This document shows positions 54,273 to 64,000 of a stretch of DNA of 64,000 nucleotides, piece by piece; position 1 is the first letter of the stretch; the number at the start of each line of letters is the position of its first letter. The position numbers and the translations under genes are program-made. A model generated the notes under the pieces. The model ran no database searches and had not been told where the DNA came from. It saw nothing but the letters and a program-made list of their open reading frames with translations. Source of the DNA: Antechinus flavipes (lineage: Eukaryota); assembly GCF_016432865.1 (NCBI RefSeq), contig NC_067402.1, positions 147,932,001 to 147,996,000 on the forward strand. The letters are read 5' to 3'.

Positions 54273-57064
54273 AGAACAGACTATTTCTAAAGGGTATTAG
54301 AAATGATGTTTATGTATAAATAATGACATTGCAATATAAGAGGGCAGCACAGATTAAGCTGGTGTTTCAGTATAATCATTTAAAATCATTCTTACCTATT
54401 AGGCAATAACTCCATCCTACTTACAGTACTGTGTATCTTTGAAAGTCATAAATTATATTTCTTTAGCAACATTTGATAGTATGGGAGACAGATCTTTCTC
54501 CAAAATTAATCTAACCTAATGAAGTTTGACTATACTTGAGCAGCTCAGTTTCATTTTTCCAAGGGCTGATAGCTGAGATAGAAACAAATATTTATACAAT
54601 TAACTTTGGGAATAAAAAAATGAACAGAAAGGCAACATACTGATTTGCTTCTTTCTGTGGATGCTATTTTTACTTGTCATGTGGATAGAAATATTTATTC
54701 CTTAACCTAGTTTGTCTTTGTTGCCTAAAGGGAGGTAAGTAGATTTCTGCATAGAACTCTAATCCAGGAGTCAGAAAGAAATTAAGAAATTTGCTAATGG
54801 GTTACTCACTTAGCCTCTGTCTGCCATAGTTTACTCATCTGTAAAATGGGGATAAAAGTAGCACCTACCTTATAGGTAGGATCAATTGAGATAATTATAA
54901 AATGCTTCACACAATGCCCAGCATATAGTAAGTATTAAATAAATGTTAATTCTGATTATGATTATTGTTTCTCTTATACTATTTTTGGTTTAGATCAACC
55001 TGCTTTTTAAAAGGTCAAAAGTATTAACCACAATAGAAGAACCTATTTCTCTACTGCTTTATTTTGATGAAATACGAATAACAGATTATTGCCCAAGTAT
55101 ACATCCTTAATGTTGGAGCTTCTTCTATTCCTAGAAGACAAGTCTGGTTTCTTTACTTCAGATTTATAAAATAAGGGTGCATTTATACTTCTTCCATGAC
55201 TTGATAATATACTTCAAAGCAGAGAGTTGTATAATTTATTTCTCTGCAGGAAGAGGTTAATGTTTTGGGGATAAATTGTCTGTCAATACCTCATTTTGGA
55301 AGGCATTTTTATAACCAGCACATAATTATATCATTATTGTTAAGTATAGTGTATTTTCCCCCTTGGTTTAGTGGAGTGAGTGTTCTCTGTTAGTTCAAGA
55401 TGGGGATAAATAGGAACAATTCATTCCTTTGTTTGGCCTCAACACCAACAAACTGCTAGTCTAAGGTTTAGAAGAGAGAAGAAATATATCTATCTCCCGA
55501 GCTTCTCTTTCAAGTTCTGCCACTTCCAAATCCTTTTATCATTTTTTTGGCCCCCTCCATGTTTCTGACAGTCCCTCTGTGTGACCACTGATTTCCTGGC
55601 TGAATTTGTGAATTTCCCCCTCTGAGTTGGCAGAAAAAGCTTTTGAATCCTGAAGTAATTTCTGTCCCAGTACGTATGACACATTTGCAGCACATTTTAT
55701 ACCTTTTCGTAGCTCACTTGGATTCACACAGATTTTTCTCAGTCAATAATCTCTCAGGTGCTCTGGGTGTTTTTTCTCTCCTTTGCCTCCGTGCTTATCT
55801 CTCTGTCACAGAACACCATAGGAGCTTGATGCTAGGTTCCCCCCTCCCATCTCTCTTGACCAAGCCCTGATTTTTCTTGACATTGCTCATAAATCCTGAT
55901 AAAGGTCTTGCTTCAAAGATGTTTCCAGTTGTGTTGGTATCAGAGGGCTGGTTGATATCTTAAAATCATTAACTAGACAAGAGTTCTACAGTCTGATAAT
56001 CTTCAGAGTTTAGTCTTTCTCATGCTGCTTTAAGCCTGCAATTCCCTGGGAGGTTAAGGTAAATATTTCTCATGGGATCCAATAATCCACAAAATAATCC
56101 TTTGAAGATGGAATTTAAACTAAGTTTAGATGTGAAATTTAAGAAGCTCAAAACAGCAAATTTCAGGATTAAATGTCACAAAAATTTAACTTCATTAAAA
56201 TAAATAAAATCATTTTTTTTTGGTGAATAAGATGAATAGACACCAGAAACATAATAGTTTCTTGGCTAAGTATTAAAGATAAACTCTTCATTTGGTGCTA
56301 GGAAAGAGATATCTCCTAACTTAGTTTGCTCACCCTTTTTTATATAAAGTACCACATACACATGTGTATGTATTGATTTATAACACATTTTATCAACTTC
56401 TGTTAGAAGATTTATTATGTTTTTTAGCCTTAGGTGCTCACTGATACTTCAGGGTGGTTTGTATCATCCTCTGATGTAGCTGCTTCTTTGAACTGCTTTT
56501 TTTCCTAATTAGCCCCTGAGAGGTTGCAGAAGCATCATTTAAAAAATTATTGTTACATTCTAAAAAAATTTGCTGACCTGATTCTCAACCTTTTAAGCTT
56601 CCTGTAAAGAACTTTTCATTCATTATATTCATTTTGCCTCAAGAGTAATTGACTAGTTTCTAGTGTACTGTCATTTTTCTTCAAAGTGAGTTTCTCTGTA
56701 AATTGCCACACATTTATTCTACAGTCAAATCTAGCTTAATGTTGAAATTAACAAAATAAATTTAATATTAATGATAAAGTCTGGGAATGTGAAATCTTGG
56801 AAAAATGAAGAGGCATTTACAATGTACCTATCACCAGTTTAATAGAATTAAGGACCAGCATGAAAATTCAAGTGTCTAGGTGATCTAAACTCAAGTGATA
56901 AAATAAACTCTGTTTTTGCTCTGAAAGATTTAACTTTAGTTTGACTTTTTTAGATAAAATTAAAATCGAGCTAACACTAAAATACCCAGAGACTTCACAG
57001 TCTGTTGTAAAACCAATTTTTAGGTCATAGGAATGAATTAATATTTATTTTTGTGATATATACT

Positions 57065-57270
57065 TTTTGTTGTTGATATTTTGTGACCTGATTTGGGGTT
57101 TCTTGGTTTGTCATTAGTCCTCAGCTCATTTTATAGAGGAGAAAATGAAGTTAACAGGGTTAAGTGACTTACCCAGGATCATTTAACTAGGAAATGGCTG
57201 ATCCTAGATTCGAACTCAGGTCTTCCTAACTGGGACTGGCACTCTATCTGCTTCACTATCTAACTGCACC
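57065..57270 (-). mobile_element. Mar1/MIR-type CORE-SINE
   Basis: cagctcattttatagaggag...gggttaagtgacttacccagg...gattcgaactcaggtcttcct. Confidence 0.75.
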
Positions 57271-57389
57271 ACGGTGTATATACAATTGCTTATATGGTTT
57301 CTAATTATAAATCTATTAAGAGTATGGGAGCTGAGAACTCACTTCATACTGATAAAATTGTAAGGCATATGGGAACTATCAAGATAGCC

Positions 57390-57730
57390 TCAAGAGGAAG
57401 TGAGTGATGATATATATTTTGCAGTAGGAGTAGTAGTAGTTTATTTTTGAATATGAATATATAATATATGTATGCACATAGGTATATATATTTTAATTTT
57501 TTGACTTGTTTGCATTTGCGAACATCTGATTAACTTTTTTTCTAGCATAGATAATATTTTGCCAGATCCTGACAAGTGAGTGAAATATATCTTCAATGTA
57601 CATAGATGATTTTTAGAAATGGTTAGAATTGATTGTATATGTATAACCTATATCACATTGCTTGTTGTTTTGGAAGGGATAAGGGAGGGGGAGGGAAAAC
57701 ATTTGGAACTCAAAATTTTACCAAAATGAA
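57390..57730 (+). mobile_element. Marsupial L1 3' UTR fragment
   Basis: gtataacctatatcacattgcttgttgttttggaaggg...gggagggggagggaaaacatttggaactcaaaatttt is the typical marsupial L1 3' end. Confidence 0.75.
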
Positions 57731-59150
57731 CATAGAAATGATTAGAATTCGTAGGTAACCATGATATTATTTGGTCATTCAATATTTCAGGGAATCAAAT
57801 GATATTGATATATATTAGAGTTCATCTAATTTACAAAACACATAACACCAATACCTAATTGATCCCTTTAGCAAAATTTCACTTGTATTTACCTTTCAAA
57901 TTAATTCAAAATAATTAGTATTATTAAAAACCACTAAAATGAGATTAGAATTGGTCCTTCCAGTGAAATATTTCTTTATGCTTCATTGGGCATAGATCCA
58001 GTTCTAGAGAAATCTTTTGAGCTCTGAATTTAAAGGTACTCTTTGCTCTCTTCTTAACTTTGAAATTCACTTTTTTTTACTCTAGGATAAATTATTCAAT
58101 TAAGCAATCATTTAATAAGTGCTTATGATGTACCAGGAACTATGCTAGGTTCTAGGGACATAAAGATTAAAATGTAATAGTGCCTGCCTTCAAGGAACTT
58201 ACATTTTTAAAGCTATTTGGAGTGGCTAAATTTGGATGATTCCACTGGATTCAGAGCTTGGATACAGACAAGGAAGATGAAACGGAAATTGAAACAATTT
58301 TTAAATAATTTATGCAAAAAGTGTGATTAGGTGGAGTAGGGAAGGAAAGGGGATTCATAACAAGTTGGAAGGGAACTTCCATATTCAGATTAGCTATTCA
58401 CATTGATTGCATCATTGGATAATTGATCAACTCAACTCTTTCTGTCAGTTTTCTCAGCTTACACTATTGCATTTCATATGATAGACCCATGCTATGATGC
58501 ACTTTAAAATAATGATTTTGATAGGTTGTAAAATGGCCATAATGAAATAATCACTCAAAAGCTCTCTGAAGGCACAAATTTATAATCTCAAATACATTTA
58601 TATTAGTTGTTTGGGAAGGGCAGCAGGTAAATAAAAAAGAGTATTTGTAAATGGGGGAGGGAAATAGGGAAACCCAAATCTCAAAATGTAAAAAAAATAT
58701 AACTTCTGGATCAAATGAAATTTAAGTTTTAAATTCTAAGCCATAAAAATGTCTGAAATAGATCTCTTTAAAAGGCTGACAGATAAATAAGGAAGACATG
58801 AGTATCTTTCAATATTGCTAAAGAATCATAAGTGACTGATGCACATCATTTTAACAAATAATTTGTAATTACTGTGAACCCAAATGAACAGAAACATCCC
58901 TGCAAAAGTGAAAGGAAAATATATTTCAATAAATGAATATTTGCATAATCTCCTAGCACATTCACAGATGCCCTGGAAAACTCTAACATTTATATTTCAA
59001 ATAGAAAATATTGTATACATACTGAGTTGTAACATATCTATATTTGTTTAAATAAATATTTTAAAATATACTTATGTAATGATAGGTAAATATATAGTTA
59101 GGTAGAAATAAAGAACTGATAGAGTTCTAAAAGGGGTAAGAATATTTTCA

Positions 59151-59369
<219 letters not shown>

Positions 59370-60811
59370 TTAACCAAGTTAGCCAAGTATGATTATAAAA
59401 TTAGAAAATTACTGTCTCTAAAGGATTAGAAAGATCAAAAAGGTTATCGGATTCAAAGAAATATGGAAGAGCATTAAGCACAAAAGAAATGGATTTGAAT
59501 CCCACTTTTGTCATGAATTTCTATATGACTATCATAAATCTTCTAACCCTCTCTTTCTTTACTATCATATAGGTCACTTTACTTCATAGGATTATTGTGA
59601 AGCCCGATTGAGACTACATACATAAATAACTTTCTAAGCCTTAAAGTGATAGTAAATATCACTTCCTTAGTAATGATAGTGATTAATGATGATGATGCTA
59701 ATGGTAATGATGATGATAATGAAAATTTATCACTGGACACAAAATCAGGAATGCATCCTGAATCTAGAATATACATCACTGCATACTCTTCTAATAATTA
59801 ACTCAATATAATTTCAAAACACCAAACTTGATATTATTAGAATATATATCTTAGTTTAGGTCTTTTTTTGTGAAGAGTCATCTTCATACTCTAGGTCAAA
59901 AGCAATCTCTTTCACTTGAAGTCTTCCTGAGTTTCAAGTTCCTGATCCCTCATCATACTCACAAGCTGGGAGATGTCTCCCTATTATCTGATATCAAAAT
60001 AATTAATCACATTTATAATATAATAATCATAATTTGTATTTTTTATCTGTATTCATATCTTAATTCTTCAACTAAATGATTTCATAAATTTTCATATATT
60101 ATACAGTTAGTATTTAATAAAGCTTTTTGAAAAAAAAATGAATGAGTGAATGAAGGCAACAGCTATTTTCTTTCTGTTTTTGTAATACCCCTGCCTAGAA
60201 TGCTGCCCTATACACAGTAGATAGTTAATAAACATTTAGTTTAATTGAATTGAGTGAGATTTAAGTGGAAAGAAAGTTGAAGTTAGAGAGGGCTAGAGCT
60301 CAAAGCTTTGCTCTCTCAATTATTTCTCTATCACTTTGCACAAGTCACAACTTCTCCTGGCCTTTATCACTTTGTGTATGAAATGAGGACATTGGATCAG
60401 ATGTCACCCAAAATCCTTGCCAATTCTAATTCTAAAAGTTTATATTCCTTGTATTGAAATAGGACACAGATTTCCTTCATCTATTATAGCAACTTTGTGT
60501 TTGTGGTTGCCATCTGATTGGCTTTTTGGTCCAGCCTTTTTGTGATTTTTTTGGTATCCTATTATTTACATCATTTTTTGATTTGATGGCTCCTGGGTGT
60601 TACTGAAGCATTGCTTCTCATAAACAAAGCTTGGCAGAGTTTTAAGTTGTGGCAAATTTTTCATCACAACTATTTGAATAAAAAATGAATTTTTTGAAGC
60701 TTTTGATCAAATCCTGGCATCCTTATATTTGACGATTAACCAGTATTCCTAAATTTTTATAAATATTTATGTTCTGTGATTTCCATTTGGCCTTTGTTAA
60801 TAGATATTAAT

Positions 60812-61058
60812 GGCAGCTCGGTGAGGCAATAGATAGAATGCTCAGCCTGCAGTCAGAAAGATTCAACTTCCTGAATTCAAATCTGACCTCAGACACTTAC
60901 TAGTGCTGTGACCCTGAGCAAGTCATTTAACCTTGTTTACCTCAGTTTCTTCATCTGTAAAATGAGCCAGAGAAGAAAATTACCAACTACTCCAGTATCT
61001 CTGCCAAGGAAATCTCCAAAGGGGTCACGAAGTTAGATACAACTGAATAACGATGACA
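60812..61058 (+). mobile_element. Mar1-type CORE-SINE, near full length
   Basis: ggcagctcggtgaggcaatagatagaatgc...cctcagtttcttcatctgtaaaatgagccagagaagaaa...ggggtcacgaagttagatacaactgaa. Confidence 0.85.
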
Positions 61059-61312
61059 AAATAGTTATTTAAAATAAAATGAGCATTAAATAGTTATTTA
61101 AAATAAAATAGTATGGCAGTACTCCTACCATACTATTATCATTAGGAACCTTTGAATTAAATGTTTCATTTCAATGCAAACCATTTTAGACAAATTAGTT
61201 AAGAAAAGGGCTGTCAAAAATGCTGTTTAGTTGAACTATAGGAAAACTGCTGAACACAGTCTGAGAAAGATAAATCTCTAATACAGTAGGACATGAACCT
61301 ATCCATGGAGGA

Positions 61313-61335
61313 TGTGTGTGTGTGTGTGTGTGTGT
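61313..61335. repeat. (TG)n microsatellite
   Basis: Direct inspection. Confidence 0.95.
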
Positions 61336-61459
61336 TTGGATACAATGCTGAAGTGAGGGAAGAGATACTAATAAAGGAAAAGAGATATAGAATTCTGCAA
61401 CCATCATGGTAAGAAGAACATTTAAAATATTCCTTCCAAAAGATTAATCATGGAGCTTT

Positions 61460-61620
61460 TTTTGTTGTTTTTCAGTCAGTTCAATTGTATTCAATGCTTT
61501 GTGATTCCCATTCGGATTTTTCTTGGCAAAAATACTAGAATGGTTTAACATTTTCTTCTCTAGGTCATTTTGCAGATGAAATGAAACTGAGGCAAACAGT
61601 GTTAAGTGATTTGCCCAGAG
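61460..61620 (-). mobile_element. Mar1-type CORE-SINE fragment
   Basis: ttcttggcaaaaatactagaatggtttaacattttcttctctaggtcattttgcagatg...gttaagtgatttgcccag. Confidence 0.75.
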
Positions 61621-61980
61621 TTTCTTTTAGCAAGATTCTTTTAAAGTCAGAAAGACATTAATGGAATCCCTAGTACCATTCTCTGTCTTTCCCAAAACAA
61701 TTGGATTAAGTTGCTGCAGACTCTTAGTAGATTGAGTGGAGTATATGAGCTGCCATATGCTGGGGAAGGTACCCAGAAAAATACACTATCACCTCTGAAA
61801 GGATAATCCAACTCAGGGCATTTGGGATGAGCCAACTGAAGAAGAGACCATTAGCATAGAAGAGTTCCTAAAAATTCAAAGGAATTTTCGAACTCCTATA
61901 TATATGGTAATCCTTTTCTTCATCCCTAGTTGACTTCTCTTTCTCTCTCCCCCTCACTCTCTCTTCTTTCTCTCTTTTTG

Positions 61981-61983
<3 letters not shown>

Positions 61984-62025
<42 letters not shown>
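61984..62025. repeat. Perfect (AC)n microsatellite (~21 units)
   Basis: Direct inspection. Confidence 0.97.
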
Positions 62026-62027
<2 letters not shown>

Positions 62028-63452
62028 CTTTATAAATGAATGGCAATGCTTTTCTTAATCCCTGATTGACTCCTCTCCCCTCTTCCCATAGCATTAATTA
62101 CAGATTTCTTTTCAACACACCCATGCCACAATGTGAAGCCACCAATCAGGAACTCCCTCTCCTCCTGTTTCATCCTTTGCATCTCCTCTTCTTTACCTGT
62201 TTCCTCCGCTTTCAGAGGAGGTTGTTCTCTTTGCCAAAGAGTTATCTGGTTATGTATACTATACATATATAATACTGTATACTCATGTAACTAAAAATTA
62301 TCCCCTCCAATCTTCAGTAATTTATTGATTAGATCATCATCTCTTTCTAAACCTTCCATGTATTGGCTCCTTCTTCATTGCCTATAAACATTCATTCCCC
62401 TCATCCCCCTCAAAAACCCCTTCTTTTAATCTTTCCACCTCTTTCACTATCATTTCTCTTCACTTTGGGAGGGATGAATGAAAAAGGTTTCTTTAATATA
62501 AAGGTTGGGGAGTATATTTAGTGGGCCAGGAGCATTTTTAAAAAATAGTATATATCAAGGATACTAACTTTACTATATCAATATATTTTTGATATCTTTT
62601 ATATCATTAGTATTACAAATTATTGACTAACATGCTAAAAACCACTCATTCCTTGTTGAAAGCAAATTAACTACTATTGATTGAGTGATCACTTCGTATT
62701 TAATACTATTTTAGATACATAATAACCTCACAAAAGATACATTTTTATCTCAGGGTGCTGAAATGCAATATAGGGGAGATATAATGACATTAACTATCAG
62801 ACTATAGATTTAAATCTGAAAAATATCTTATTGGCCAACAATTCCTCCTCTCATTGAAAAGATGGGATGACTGATGCTGAAATAAATTATTCCCAGAATC
62901 ATAAAGCTAATAAATGTCAGAGGCAGGACTGGAACCTAGGTGTTTTTCACTTGTCCAATATTCTATTTACTCTGTCCATGTAGATGAAGCACAAGAATTA
63001 ATAATATATAGTCAAAAATAAAGTCAATAAGCATTTGATAAGCATCTATGATATGCCAAGGTCATGAAGATATGACTGAATGACTGAGCAACAACATACT
63101 TACATATGACTACATACATAAATTTGGTTTTGTAGGTTCTTAGATGAACTGTTTTCATAGAATTAATAAAGGGGAAGGGAAGAGAACAAGCATTTATTAA
63201 GTGCCCACTATATGCCAGGCATTATACTAAGCAATTTATAAATATGATCTCATTTGATTCTTGCAATAGTCCTGTGACATAGGTGCTATTATGATCCACA
63301 TTTTATAGTTGAAGAAAGCGAGGCAGACTTTCCACAGTCACTTAGCTAGTGAGTATCTGACTCTAGATTTGAATCCAGTTCTTCCTCATTCTATAGCAAT
63401 GCTCTATCAACCATAAAACCCCTATCTCTTTAAAAAGAAACTAAGAAATCAT

Positions 63453-63652
63453 CCAGTTCAAAACTTCTTATTCTGTGGGTCATGATTCCATATGGGGTTG
63501 GGTACAACTGAATGTGAGGGTCATGAAATTATGACTTATTTTAGGTAAATATTTAATTTGTATACCTATTTTATTTGGTTTATTTATATGAGGTTGCATA
63601 AACATTTCTTGGACTAAAAGGGACCATGAGTGGAAAAAGTTTAAGAACTAGT
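63453..63652. mobile_element. hAT/Charlie-type MITE (~200 bp)
   Basis: Degenerate terminal inverted repeats (cagttcaaaactt / aagtttaagaactag); internal tgtgggtcatga...ccatatgggg...gggaccatgagtggaaaaag resembles recalled marsupial Charlie MITEs. Confidence 0.55.
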
Positions 63653-63799
63653 CCAATTCACAACTAAGAATCCTCTCTACATAGCTGAAAATAGTCATTT
63701 AGTTTTTGCTTGAACACCTCTAATGACGAGGAATCACTTTCTTCAAATTCAGTCTTTTTGTATTCTACTTTTGAATAGTTCTAATTGTTCAAAAGAGTA

Positions 63800-64000
63800 A
63801 GTAGGTGACAAAGTAGATAGAACACTGAGTTTGAATTCAAGAAAAACTGGGTCCAAATCTAACCCTAGGTACTTGCTAGCTCTTTGACCCTGGGCAAGTC
63901 ATTTAACTCTGTTTTCCTCAGTTTACTCACCTGTCAAATAAGCTGGAGGAGGAAATGGTAAACCATTCCAGTATCTTTGCAAAGAAAATCCCAATGGAAT
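63800..64000 (+). mobile_element. Mar1-type CORE-SINE, truncated by the window edge
   Basis: gaccctgggcaagtcatttaactctgttttcctcagtttactcacctgtcaaataagctggaggaggaaatggtaaaccattccagtatctttgc. Confidence 0.85.

Noticed and set aside
55510-55695. RTGTEITSGFKSFFC…PGNQWSHRGTVRNMEGAKKMI looks vaguely like an integrase core (DNG.EFTS…F..FC…P..P.SNG.VER)
   Set aside because: The catalytic D and E are absent and spacing to the putative CxxC is wrong; not supportable without a profile search.
55750-55845. GNLASSSYGVL*QRDKHGG…HP resembles the recalled MAGI2 cassette peptide GMVPSSLSMCMKSDKHG…HP
   Set aside because: Contains an in-frame stop, has different spacing, and has no polypyrimidine tract or acceptor upstream; most likely chance.
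61059-61110. 22-bp direct repeat aaatagttatttaaaataaaat separated by gagcatt
   Set aside because: Small AT-rich slippage duplication at a SINE 3' end; ordinary.

Overview
AT-rich, CpG-depleted marsupial genomic DNA. The SINE and L1 tails look dasyurid, e.g. Tasmanian devil; this is inference. There are two assembly gaps. The only supportable protein-coding feature is one 139-bp minus-strand exon (59195-59333) encoding the C-terminal half of the last PDZ domain of MAGI2. The rest of the window appears to be MAGI2 intron, filled with decayed L2, L3/CR1, RTE, L1, CORE-SINEs (MIR/Mar1/WSINE1-like) and hAT-type fragments. I could not support a new biological system. The most distinctive signal is a set of local copy events of different ages: a near-identical 2.63-kb tandem duplication, a composite direct+inverted templated insertion, an exact 171-bp dispersed copy, a triplicated CR1 segment and an older ~130-bp duplicate. 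Weaker leads are possible alternative MAGI2 C-termini and an unassigned coding-like 600-bp segment. Repeat-family names come from recalled consensus motifs, not a database search, and most repeat boundaries are approximate.
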